A stretch of 64,000 nt of DNA from Octopus bimaculoides (taxonomy: Eukaryota), in contig NC_069001.1 in assembly GCF_001194135.2 (NCBI RefSeq), positions 23,880,831 to 23,944,830 of the forward strand, read 5' to 3'. Under the pieces are notes generated by a model. The model had not been told where the DNA came from and ran no database searches. It saw only the letters and a list, made by a program, of their open reading frames with translations. Made by a program: the position numbers and the translations under genes. Numbering within the stretch: the stretch's first letter is position 1; every line of letters starts with the position of its first letter. Shown here in pieces: positions 51,511 to 64,000 of the stretch.

Positions 51511-51691
51511 GTTCAGAGTGGCATACACCGTGACCAGATAGTCACAGCTGTCTTTGCCTTATCTCGTTAACTTTCAGTAGCTTCCAGTAAAGGCGTGCTT
51601 TTATCATATGTTGCTGCCATTTCACATTTAGGGCCATTTGTAACATCCTTGTGTAGCATCCATTGTGTTGTCATCTGACTGAGAAATGAAA

Positions 51692-51994
51692 TTCTTTCAA
51701 ATACTTGCTGGGGTGTCACAAGGAGATATGCTTGCTTCCTACCTGTTGGCAATTTATTTCAATTATGCAATGCGAAAGGCTATAGACAATAGCAATGAAG
51801 ACCTTGATTTCACTATCAACTGGTAAGAATTGTGGAGAGTACCAGCAGTAACCATCACAGATGTGGACTTCGTAGATGCTAGGGTACTCATATCTGATGA
51901 AATAGACGAAGTTCAGCTGCGCAGCAGAATAGAAGCATCAACTGCTATAATAGGACTGCACCCAAATGTCAAGAAAATGGAGTACACGTCTTAA
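51692..51994 (+). pseudogene. RTE reverse transcriptase core fragment
   Basis: FFQILAGVSQGDMLASYLLAIYFNYAMRKA...ITDVDFVDA...GLHPNVKKMEY, a decayed GVxQGD and FADD region. Confidence 0.85.
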
Positions 51995-53018
51995 ACATTT
52001 GCAGCAAAAGAAACAAAAATAATATTCATCGGCAGAGAGGAAGGTGGAGGGACGGGGATTAATCCAGGCATTTTATATAAGATTTTGTATAAATCTGGTT
52101 TCTGAGGATGTAGCAAAAAAAAAACAAACTAAATAATAAATAAAAGAGAAGAGAGTGAGGTTGATCTATAGCTGACACTTTCACTTAGCTGTCTAGAAAA
52201 ACTGGTGTAAATATGATGATGATGATGATGATAGTAATGATAGTAATGATACCTCTGTGTGTGTGTATGTGTGCACTCACAAAAACTTACATATATCTAA
52301 CCCCATTTAATCATGGATGTTCTGTTGGAACAAAATGTACTGCAGGTGTACCATAAGAGAATCTCTCATATTAGTTTTTGGTGCAAAATAATCCTTTTTA
52401 TACAGGAGCAGGTATGGCTGTGTGGTAAGAAGATTGCTTCCCAACCACATGGTTGCAGATTCAGTCCCACTGTGTGGCACCTTGGGCAAGTGTCTTCAAC
52501 TACAGCCTCAGGCCAACCAAAGCTTTGTGAGTGGATTTGGTAGGCGAAAATTGACTGAAACAAGCCCATCGTATATATCATCATCATCATCATCATCGTT
52601 TAACGTCCGCTTTCCATGCTAGCATGGGTTGGACGATTTGACTGAGGACTGGTGAAACCGGATGGCAACACCAGGCTCCAGTCTGNNNNNNNNNNTGTGT
52701 GTCTGTGTTAGTCCCCCCTGCCATTGTTTGACAACTGGTGTTGGTGTGTTTACATCCCCATAACTTAGTGGTTCGGCAAAAAGAGACTAATAGAATAAGT
52801 ACCGGGCTTACAACAAATAAACCCGACTTACAAAGAATAAGTCTATTTATTTAACTAAAACCCCTTAAGGTGGTGCTCCAGTATGGCTGCAGTCAAATGA
52901 TTGAAACAAGTAAAAGAATAAAAGAATCTTGTTTATATTGGAATTGCCATTGACAGGACCAAACAAAATCAGAGTCATGTGATCTGGTGGTCTCTGCTCT
53001 GTCTCCTCTCCCTACCAG

Positions 53019-53022
53019 TGAC
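53019..53022 (+). CDS. candidate 4-nt micro-exon (TGAC)
   Basis: Long C/T tract tctctgctctgtctcctctccctaccAG followed by TGAC and GTAAGC. Confidence 0.25.
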
Positions 53023-54244
53023 GTAAGCAAAAGTGCATTTTGTACCAAAAGCCAATATGAGAGTTTTTCTCGTGGTGTCTGCTTCAGTATAGTTTGTTCC
53101 GACAGAACACCCATGTTTAAGCGGGGATAAATATGACTTTTCCGTATCAATACTGCCTCGTTGTATATTACATATATATATATATATATATACTTCTTTT
53201 ACTTTTTACTTGTTTCAGTCATTTATTTAACTGTGGCCATGCTGGGACACAGACTTGAAGGGCTTGTAATTAAATAATCAAACCTGGGATTTCACATATG
53301 AAAGGCTTCTTTCGGTTTCCATCTACCAAATTCACTCACAGGGATTTGGCTGGCCTGAGGCTATTGTAGAGGACACTTGCCTAAAGTGCCATACAGTGGG
53401 ACTGAACCAAGAACATTGTTGGCTGAATCAAGCTTCTTACCACAGAGCCAACCCCGCTCCATGATGTAACAGATGCATGCACTTACACATACACATACAT
53501 TTACGCACAAATAAATGTAACAGACATACACTTACACACATATATGCAACATTCACACACATATATGTCACATACACACACACACACACACTCATACACA
53601 CACACACACACACATGCAACATACACATACACTTACCTACATACACATACACAAACATAATACATATTTAAACTATTTGACCTGTGCACCCTTAACTCCC
53701 AACTTCCTCTGTATCCTGATCATGTCACATGACCTCTGCCATGTGAATCCCTACTACCCCCGCCCCCCCACCNNNNNNNNNNNNNNNNNNNNNNNNNNNN
53801 NNNNNNNNNNNNNNNNNNNNNNNNNNNNNNNNNNNNNNNNNNNNNNNNNNNNNNNNNNNNNNNNNNNNNNNNNNNNNNNNNNNNNNNNNNNNNNNNNNNN
53901 NNNNNNNNNNNNNNNNNNNNNNNNNNNNNNNNNNNNNNNNNNNNNNNNNNNNNNNNNNNNNNNNNNNNNNNNNNNNNNNNNNNNNNNNNNNNNNNNNNNN
54001 NNNNNNNNNNNNNNNNNNNNNNNNNNNNNNNNNNNNNNNNNNNNNNNAACAACAATGAAAATGATGATGAAAGGCACTTCAAAGAGAATGGAAACAAAAA
54101 TAACATTTGTCATCTCATTGATGATGATGATGACGATGACAATGATGATGACAACATCACCGCCAGCAACAACAATGGTGATGACAACAGCAATGATGAT
54201 AAGGGTGGATGTAGCATTGATGTTAATGATGTTGATAATGACAA

Positions 54245-54680
54245 TTTTCATTTTCTATTTTTATTTTAATTCTATTTTTTTATTTTTATTCTATTTTATT
54301 TTTATCTTATTTCTAATTTTAATTTTAATTATTTTATTATATTTTATTATATTTTAATTTTATTTTTATTTTATTTTAATTTTTAGTATTTTATTTTCAT
54401 TTTTGATTTTAATTTTTATTTTTGATATAACTTTGATTCTAATCTTATTTTTATTTTTATTTTATTCTATTTAAAATTTATTTTGGTTTTAATTTTTATT
54501 TCATTCTATCTTAATTTTTAACTTTAATTCTTATTTTCATTCCAATTTTTATTTTTTAATTTAATTTTAACTCTAATCTTTTATTTGATTTATATTTTAA
54601 TCATATATTTTATTTTTATTTTTTATATTTATTTAAATTTTTATTGGTAATTTTCATTGTTATTTTTACTTTTCCATTTT
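54245..54680. repeat. degenerate (TTTTA/TTTTAT)n low-complexity tract
   Basis: Almost entirely T and A with an approximate 5-6 nt period. Confidence 0.85.
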
Positions 54681-55265
54681 TATTATAAGTCTATATCTTT
54701 ATCCATTGTTTCCTCTCTCATTTATTTGTATTCCTGATCTGAACTAATTTCTCAAGAATGGTTTTCAATGCCAAGGTTTGGTGTTAGGCTCTCCATTAAT
54801 TTCCAGACATAAATGACTGACTTCATGTCTTATTAGGAAAGTAATTATTCCACACCATTTCTTTGGATTCCCTCCAATTCAAAAGTGAGTTTGGCACGAT
54901 GTGAAGACATTAGCTGGGAGGAATAATCCAGCCAATGAAGGCAAACCATGGTCTCTTCTGTTCTTCTGTTTCTGTTTTGAATGAATTCTGTCAAAATCTA
55001 CATCTTCTGCATGTTTCAATGAAGGCAGGAAAAAAATTCTTGCAACATGGAAAGAAGAATTACCAGTGTGAAGTTGTTGATTGGGAAAGAGTTATATAAC
55101 ATAGGCACAGGTGTGGCTGTGTGGTAAGAAGCTTGCTTCCTAACCACAAGTTACCAGGTTCATTTCCACTGAATGGCACCTTGGGCAAGTGCCTTCTACT
55201 TACTGTAGCATTGGGTTGACCAAAGCCTTGTGTATGGATTTGGTAGATGTAAACTGAAAGAAGCC

Positions 55266-55345
<80 letters not shown>

Positions 55346-55382
55346 TTATATACACATATACACATATACATACATACATATG

Positions 55383-55440
<58 letters not shown>

Positions 55441-55569
55441 CACTGGGTGTCCACAAAGACTGGGTACATGGGGATTAACACATACTTTAAGAAATAATTA
55501 TTTCTTATATTTAATTGTTTATGTTCTGATTTTATTTACTCCATGTAGCCAGACTTTGTGGACACCCTG
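55441..55569. mobile_element. 129-bp Tc1/mariner-type MITE
   Basis: TIRs GGGTGTCCACAAAG(A/T)CTGG(G/C)TACATGG on both ends with TA flanks. Confidence 0.8.
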
Positions 55570-55771
55570 TATATGTATATACATATACATATACATACAT
55601 ATAAATATATGACCAAGACGTTTGGCATTATACCGTGCTTGAGAAGAAGACCCATCAAGCCAAGCAAAATCAGGCTGGAGCCTGGTGCAGCATTCCAGCA
55701 TGACAGTGTAGTCAAACCATCCAGTCCATGCCAGCATGGACAGCAGATGTTAAATGATGATGATGATGGTG

Positions 55772-55812
<41 letters not shown>

Positions 55813-55849
55813 ATGTATGTATGTATGTATGTATGTATGTATGTAGGCA

Positions 55850-56250
55850 CAGTGTTACTGTGGTAAGAAGCATACTTCTCAACTGCATAATACTGGGTTA
55901 AATTCCATTGTGTGGCACCTTGTGCAAGTGTCTTCTACTATAGCTTCAAGCTGAACAAAGCCTTGAGAGTGGATTTGGTAGATGGAAACTGAAGGAAGCC
56001 TGTAATAGATAGATACATATATATGTGTGTGTGTGTGTGTGTGTGTTTCTTCACATGACAACCAGTGCCAGTGTAGCTATGTCCCCATAACTTAGCAGGT
56101 TAGCAAAAGAGGCTGATAAAATAATCACCAGGCTTAAAAAACAGAAAACGTAAGTACTGGGGTTATACAGGTGTTAATTCATTCAATTAAAATTCTTCAA
56201 GATGGTGCTCCCGCATGGCCACAGTCTAATGACGGAAACAAGTAAAAGAC
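55850..56250 (+). mobile_element. family A SINE
   Basis: Head, CORE-like block, microsatellite and tail. Confidence 0.72.
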
Positions 56251-57429
56251 AAAAGAAGATTCTGTTACAAGTCAATGTCTAAAAACTACCCCCTTAACTG
56301 CCCACTTTTGATCCCTCAAAACTTTTCTGCAGTCCCCTAGATCTCTTCTTCACTTGGCAATATTCTTCTTCAATAAGGAGCCATGAGCTGGCAGAGTCAA
56401 TAAGACATTGGGCAGTTTGTCTGTCTTTACATTCTTAGTTCAAATCCTGCCGAGGTCTGCTTTGCCTCTCAACATTTCAGGGTCAATAAAATAAGTACCA
56501 GTTAACCAATGGTGTTAATGTAATCAGCTTACCTGCTCCCTTGAACTTACTGGCCTTGTGCCAAATTCTGAAACCAATAGTCTTCTTCAATCAATCTCTT
56601 AACTATGCTAATTACTATTTGCTGGTCAATACTGGACTATTGAGCTATTCTTGATTGGTTTTTAGTCATTGATACAAGTTGATGACTTCCCCTACTTGTA
56701 AATTTATCGGCATCATTTTTTAATGATTTTTCGGTTTTTGTGCTTTGTTGAATTAAAGTTACAGTTAATGAAATTTAGATATGTATCTGAAAAGAATAGA
56801 AAACATATCTAATTACAAAAAAATTAAAAAAATTAATGGATGGTTAAAAAGGTTTTGTGGGTTGCTGTGTAATAGATGTGTGTATTCATCTTTCTATCAA
56901 CCTAGCTCTCTACATTGTTGCTTGTGTTGGTATAATATGTATGTGTGTGTGTGTATTAATATGTGATGCTTTTATTTATGTATTTATTTACTACTACTAT
57001 TTTTTTAATCTCAAAATAAATAAATGTCTGTGCAAAATGTCATTGTTGCAAATTTCAGGGAAGACAAAAAAAAAATCTTCAGCTTCAATGAATCATATTT
57101 GCATATTATAAACGTTTACCTAGATTCTTTTAAGAAATGTTTTTTTCTTACTTCTTCTGAGAATTTCTGACTATCTGCTTCATCGAAGACAATGAATGCA
57201 AATAATTTCTACAAATCAGTGGTTTTTGTGGAAAAGGTATTTGTACAAGTTTCCAGATGTTATATATTGATATACAAACTGAATGTTTATGACTTCAGGC
57301 CCCTAGCAAATGATTTGGAAAACATGCATTTCATTGTGGATATTTCTTTAGAGGCATAGAAGCTGTAATTTTAATATTTAGGACAACTGAGAATAAATGC
57401 AAGTGTTCAAAGCTCCCATCTTTCTTGTA

Positions 57430-58333
57430 CAGGGTGATAACAAAAGATTCCCTGGTCTAGTTATGTAGTACAGCAACAGATGGCAGCACATGATTGTGTG
57501 CAGTGAGAGCTAGCAGTGGCTTTCATGAGGCAGTGTGTTGAGTGACATTGTTGTGTTTATTTTGCAAATTGTGAAATTTGTGTTTTTGTGATCATGTATG
57601 CTGTAGTTTGTGATTTTTATCATGGACAGGGAAGTTGGAAGAAAGAGCCAATGTGAAATTTTGCATTAAACTTGGGAAGTCTGCTATAGAGACATTGAGC
57701 ATGCTTCAGCAACAAGGCAGTGGGTTGTATGCAGTGTTTTGAGTGACATGGGTGCTTGAAAAGTGGAAGAACGTCCCTGGAAGATGATGAGTGATCTGGA
57801 AGATCTGCTATGAGTGCCACCTCCAGAAATGTGGAGACAATTCATCAGCTTGAGCATGAAGATCATTGGAAGACAATCAATGATGTTTTGAAGCATTTGA
57901 GGGAGGACATTCGGTGACAGCAACTGGATCTGTGGACCACAAAGAATTGGATTCTTCACAATGATAATGCATCCTGTCACTGAGCTGTCCTCACTCATCA
58001 CTTTCTTGCCAAAAACAACACGGTATCATTTCCACACCTGCCCTATTTACCAGATTTAGCAGCTGCAGCCTTCCATTTCTTCCTTAAGAGGAAAATGCAG
58101 CTCAAATGTCACCGGTTTAACATTGTTGTCAAGATCAAGAGTCAGTCGCAGAAGGTCCTTGACTCACTCAAAGAAAACAACTTTGAGACTGGATTCCAAA
58201 AGTGGCAGGAACACCAGAACTTGTATATTGCTGTGCAAAGAGACTACTTCGATGGAGATGATGTTAAAACTTAAGTAAATAAGTTATTTTTTGTTAAACA
58301 TTACTCGTCTGGGAACTTTTTGATACCATCTCA
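57430..58333 (+). mobile_element. internally deleted mariner element
   Basis: Degenerate TIRs with TA flanks; ERANVKFCIKLGKSAIETL, SGRTSLEDDE*SGR, WILHNDNASCH and PHLPYLPDLAAA remnants. Confidence 0.85.
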
Positions 58334-60439
58334 TATAGTGTTTAAGTTCTTAGCAAGTTATATTATGTGTATTGGTGAAAGAAAGGACCTCCAGTTATGA
58401 AATGTTAGACATAAAGACTGTCCAACCCATGTCAGCATGGAAAAATGGATGTAAAATACTGTTAATGACAATGTTGCTGTTGCTGAAGATGCTGTTATTG
58501 TCAATGCTAATAACAATGATGATGATGGCCCTTAAGAACCTTTACCAAAGAAAATGTGCAGTAGCAGAGACAGAGTGTATACTTCTAGCCTTAGATCTGT
58601 TGCTAAATGGATTTGATATTATCGTTCTATGTTCTGTGTAGGGACCAGTATGTCAAAGAACCAACCCAATGTTTCCTCTGCATGTCATAAAAAGCTTGAA
58701 AATGAGGTTGGGGTAGGAGTTGTACTATTTTCCTCACTTCTAACAACTATCGTAACAGATCCAGGTGTTGGAGGGTTCTCACCTGAGCAGTGCAAAGGTG
58801 TTACCTGCCTAGAGTAGTTGAGGGTCATCAACAAATCAGGAATGCAGCAATGCACAGTTACAGTGCATTCCCCACCACTACTACTACTACTACTACTATT
58901 ACCACCACCACCACCACCACCACCACCACCACTACTATCACCACCACTGCCACCGCCACCACCATCACTACTACTACTACTACTACTACTACCAAATCAA
59001 TAACTGAAGATTGGTTCTCCATACTGAGCTTACCAATATTAACCTCCAAATAAGACAGAATCATTTGCATTCCAGGCAAAAAGTTTAGTAGCATTTCATG
59101 TGTTTTTACATTCTGAATTCAAATTCTTCGAGGCTGACTTTTCCTTTTATTGATTTGGAGTCAATAAAATTGGTACCAGTTGAGCGTTGAGGTCAATGTA
59201 ATTGACTTATTCCTACCCCTGAAATCTTGGCCTTGTACCAATATTTGAAACCAGTATTTTCTTCCAAATGTATTCTTCATCTTTATAAACCTCTTGTTGT
59301 CCCATCAATGGAAAACTATCATCACATTTACGATGGTATCTCTGTTGATTTTCTTTCTCTCTTTGATTGAGTTTAAAATGAAACTTCTTGCATTATTGCC
59401 TCTGGTTTCATAGTTAAACTTCTACCCTTCTTTCATCATCACTATATTGTTTCTTTATCTGTATTCTCTAAATACTTCCATGGTCGTTGTTCTGCCATTA
59501 GTTTCATTTGTTGTAAATCACTCTCCATTCAGGCTGACTGAGTGACTCATCTTTCTCAAAATTCTCCTCAATTTACTATCATTATCTTCTGCAAGAGCTA
59601 TTTCTGCTCTTCCAGTTTCTTTCTTTGCATATCTATTTTACTAAACAATATTTTCCTATTTCTCATATAAATGTTATCTTAGTTCTATTTAATCTTGCCT
59701 TGATCCTTTTAAGAATTTTAGGGCAGCTTTTCTTTAAATATCTATATTGTTTTGTTTTCCCTTTTCTTTTTTAATATCCCATCATATTAAGTGGTTGCTC
59801 ACAGCCTTTCTCTTTTATAACTGGTTTCTTGTGGCATTGGATGGAATGACTTTCAATAAAATTTTAGAAAATATCATTTATCTACAATCTCACTTTTAAA
59901 ATAATATTCATATGCTTCAAGTCGTAAATCTTTTGATAGCAAACTAGCAAAAAAGAAAAAAGAAAAACAATACGGTCTCAGTGAAAATAAATCAGTTGGT
60001 TCTTAACAAAGACAAGAGGCTGACATCAGGCAAAGATGATGTATCAAAGCACAGTACTTTAAAGAAGTACAGCATGTATGCTATCATTCGATGTCTAAAA
60101 CACTCAAACTCCAGGAGAGGGGAGATGAGGCATGTGACAGTGGGAAGCAAAAATGCATGTGTATGACAAATATTAAACTTAGACACATTTACGAATTTAC
60201 AGAGATTTTATTATAAATGAGGACAAATGTCTACTAAAGTGTGACTTATATCATCATCATCGTCATTTAACGTCCGCTTTCCATGCTAGCATGGGTTGGA
60301 CGATTTGACTGAGGACTGGTGAAACCAGATGGCTACACCAAGCTCCAATCTGATTTGGCAAGTTTCTACAGCTGGATGCCCTTCCTAACGCCAACCACTC
60401 TGAGAGTGTAAATATAAAGAATAAAAATGGAAAATTGAA

Positions 60440-61720
60440 AAGGAAACTGACCCTACATCAAATGTTCAGTTTCTTATAAACTGATGGAAGCTCAACAGCA
60501 AATTGTATTAGATACACAAGGCATAAACCTCTGCAACATAGCAAAGACAATCATGCATACAATAAATAAGAACTCAAAAGACAATAGAAGTACTACTACA
60601 GAAGCAACAACAGGCCAACAAAACAAGGCAGTGCTGCAAATAAATAAGTTTACACAAATAATAAAATCACTGAATGAGCCCCAAAATCACATGAGGGCTC
60701 CATGGAAACAACCAACCAACTATTGAGTCACAATAGATATAAATCATCATTCTATATTCAACAACGTAGAGGCCAAAGCATTTATGGCAACAGATTAATT
60801 AGAGTTAACACTGAGGCAAAATCTAATGTAAAAAAAAATGAAGATAGTAGGAGTTGATAATAAAAATGAATAAACAGAGACCATGAGAATTGTTGCCCAA
60901 GCTACCAATAAAAAAATTAAAAAAACATTTCAAGTAATCTCAAGTAAATAATATATAAGTACAAGGACCTTCATGAAATTATGTCCCTTAAAACAAACCT
61001 GAATATCAACACAGTAAAAGGTTTAATCCATTAGGTAGTCATGGTAGTATCAAGGGAAATCAGGATCAATCCTAATAGAGTAAGACCCTTGCAGCAAAAT
61101 CTAACTGAAAACTTTAGCAGGAGAAAAGAAAATATGTTATAGAAAATTATAAGAGAAAAGCAACGAAAGAAGCTATTTTTCCTTAGGGGAATAAAAAGGA
61201 AAAAGATAAAAATCATTTTTTCTCATTGAAAGGGAAAAAAAATGACTTAAGTAAATCTTATCAAGAAAGTGATGGAGGATAAGATGTTTGAAAAATTCCA
61301 TCATGAGAATAATTCATTTGAAACAAAATACAAAAAATAACCATTTTATAAAGATATCAACAATAATAACGACAACAACAGCAAAAATAAACAGTTGATG
61401 TCATTCCAACATAAAAGAAATGAAAACACATTGGGAGAAAATATGAAACAAAAGCACTGAGCACAATCAAAGTGCCGAGTTTGTGGAAAGGATAAATAAA
61501 CTGAAATAACGCCACAAGCATGGATCAGCAGAACCATTGAGGAATTGAACAATGTAATATAGATTACAAGTGGGAAGCTCACAAGATTGACAGTGTCCTC
61601 AATTTCTTGATGAATTCATAAAACTTTGGCAACAATATTCAATGAATGTATTAACAGACCAGAATTCCCAACAGAATGGTTACTCTAGGAGAAAACATTA
61701 TTATTTCAGCAAAACAAACC
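60440..61720 (+). mobile_element. decayed non-LTR retrotransposon, probably R4/Dong-like
   Basis: A-rich pseudo-coding sequence ending in KWEAHKID...LATIFNECINRPEFPTEW...GKTLLF, resembling the NWKAPGxD...PxWL..G.T.L pre-RT motif of RLE-type LINEs. The clade call is from memory. Confidence 0.5.
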
Positions 61721-62197
61721 AACCGTAAATGTTTATTTATCATGTTATTTTTTCTTCTCTCTCACTGTCTTCCAAAAAATTTAGGGAACTGATTCTGAAA
61801 ATACCATTAGTTTTGTCTGTAACCAAATGTTTCAAAAGTTAAGCTTATAAGAGTAATATTTGAATTTTTGAAGAATTGCACTGTAATGAACAGTCCTTTT
61901 AACTGCACATCAAGAATTATATTTTTATATATCTAAATCGTATTTTTATGTTTCAGATCGATTTCTTGAGCTGTGAATCTTAGCATCATAGAATATGGTA
62001 AGTAGAAAATGCAGTAATTCATCAGATCCATTCTTATGTTTGTGGATATGTTGGAACTGAACAGGTAACACTTAGAATAGTGAAAAGAGTCAAATTTTGT
62101 ATAAAATGTAGAGCAGTGTTTCCCAACCATATTCCCCCATCATCCAGAAAAATACATGCCCCATCAATGGTTGGAAAAAAAAAAAAACTTTATTTTT

Positions 62198-62570
62198 AGC
62201 ATGGCTGTGTGGTAAGAAGCTAGCTTCCCGACCACATGGTTCCAGGTTCAGCCCCTCTTTGTGACACCTTGGGCGAGTGTCTTCTACTATAGCCTTGGGC
62301 AGATCAAAGCCTTGTGAGTGGATTTGGTAGACAGAAACTGAAAGAAGCCCATTGTATGTGTGTGTGTGTCGTTGTGTTTGTTCCTCCATCACTGCTTGGC
62401 AACTGGTATTGGTGTGTTTATGTCCCCGTAACTTAGTTGTTCAACAAAAGAGACCAATAGAATAAGTACTAGGCTTCAAAAAATTCCCGGGTTCAATTTG
62501 TTTGACTAAGAGCCCTTCGAGCCAGTGCTCCAGCATGGTCACAGTTAAATGGCTGAAACAAATAAAAGAA
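62198..62570 (+). mobile_element. family A SINE, full length
   Basis: Head, CORE-like block, (TG)n and tail. Confidence 0.78.
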
Positions 62571-64000
62571 TAAAAAATAGAAGAATATATATTTTCCTTA
62601 AAGAAATATCCACACCAGGGCATAAGAATAGCTTTATACTGTAACAAACAGTCTTCACACAGTATGCTTGGCCGGAGGGATTGGTTTAGCTCTGTTGAGT
62701 ATACATGTTTGCTGTGAAAAAGAAGTTTTTCACAATTCCATGTCCCACTAAGAACAAAAAAAAACCCTCCAAAAATTGTTGGATCTCACACTCCACTACA
62801 ATTTTCCTAGGTCCCACCAGTGGGGTACATGCTCCACGGTGGGAATCCCTGATATAGACAGCATTACATATAACAAACAGACTTGGAATGACCCAAATTG
62901 GACACTTCAATGAAAACATAAGGTCTGTCAATCTAGTCTAGAAGAATAACTAAGATGTGAGAAAGAGTATGATATTTGCTATTCTCAGTATAAGCTTGTG
63001 GTAAGATTGCTTTTTCATTTTATTTTTTGTTTTCTGTTTAACTCACTAAAAACCCATTTGATCTGATTTGAAATTTTTTTGTAAAGTGTCTCTAAAGAAA
63101 CCATTTTGTTTGTTTACTAATGAAAGCAAAAATATTTTCTAAGCAAATTAAAAGACTTTTTTTCCCCGCAAACAGAAAAAAATTATGCAAGCAATTATTT
63201 CATTATCTTTGTATGTAGAAGTTTTGCATCAAATAAAACGCTTTTTCTACTTAATTTCTCTTGATCTTGAAATATCACTGTATTTAAAGAAGATGTAACA
63301 AGCTTGATGCAAATGCAAAAATAATTATTTCTAATTTTGGCACAAGGCTGGCAATTTTGAGGAGAGAGAATGAGTTCACTACATAGCTGGCACATTGTTT
63401 CACTGGGCCTGCAAGGATGAAAGGCATGTTATCCTCAAGAGTTTGAATCTAGGACATAAAGAATCAGACATGGTATATTTCTTTGGAATCTTCAAAATTA
63501 ATTGTTAGTATTTCTTGATTTGGCTCATCCAAGAACTGAGCCACATCATCTGAAAGATTTCACCATTTCTTAGACATTTTTGTTACTTTCACTAAAATAT
63601 GATCCTCTAAATGCTTGAGGTTGCATTGATTTAATTCCTCCTCCATCCATATATTATAGTTGCAGGCTGTGTGGTAAGAAGTTTGCTTCTCAACCACATG
63701 GTTGTGGGTTCAGTTCCACTGGATGACACCTTGAGCAACTGTCTTCTACCATAGCCATCAGCCAACCAAAGCCTTGAATTTAGTAGACAGAAAATGAAAG
63801 AGTCCCCATTCTATATACATATGTGTGTGTGTGACATTTGCAAAGTATTTGGTGATCCTGTCAGTGATAGTGCCAACAGGGGCAAAATGAAAAAAAACTT
63901 GGTGAAAATGCTTTCTTTGCTGTAGTAGTTGAGTATACAAATTTTCATTTGATGTCAAAAAAATTTTTAATTTTTGATCAAAATGTACATAAATTAGCAC

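Noticed and set aside
5082-55612. Long ORF-track entries rich in YI, HT, CV, X or poly-L/N/I/T
   Set aside because: These are translations of (TA)n, (CA)n, (TATG)n, (AAT)n and (CAC)n tracts and N gaps, not proteins.
1-64000. CRISPR arrays, rRNA, operons or other prokaryotic systems
   Set aside because: No repeat-spacer arrays, rRNA-like sequence or dense coding; the window is eukaryotic repeat-rich DNA.

Overview
AT-rich, gap-ridden eukaryotic scaffold with many N-runs (largest 19191-19951). The repeat content suggests an octopus/coleoid cephalopod genome; this is my recognition of the SINE families, not a database result. There is no long intact CDS, and most ORF-track entries are translated microsatellites or gaps. 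The window is mostly (i) tRNA-derived SINEs of three families, (ii) decayed RTE-clade and probably R4/Dong-like LINE fragments plus many dispersed copies of the RTE 3' UTR, (iii) several decayed Tc1/mariner elements and MITEs, and (iv) microsatellites. Four things stand out. First, four minimal hammerhead-ribozyme-like motifs lie in two Penelope-like repeat families; two of them sit in a TSD-flanked fold-back element with a tRNA-like Pol III head (32112-32769). Second, there is an 89-bp-arm near-perfect hairpin (34638-34829). Third, a CpG-rich promoter/LTR-like island lies at 30947-31508. Fourth, a series of very short + strand exon candidates (4-72 nt) partly splices in frame and may be a micro-exon-rich host gene; this is unconfirmed. 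Repeat boundaries without a TIR or TSD are approximate.
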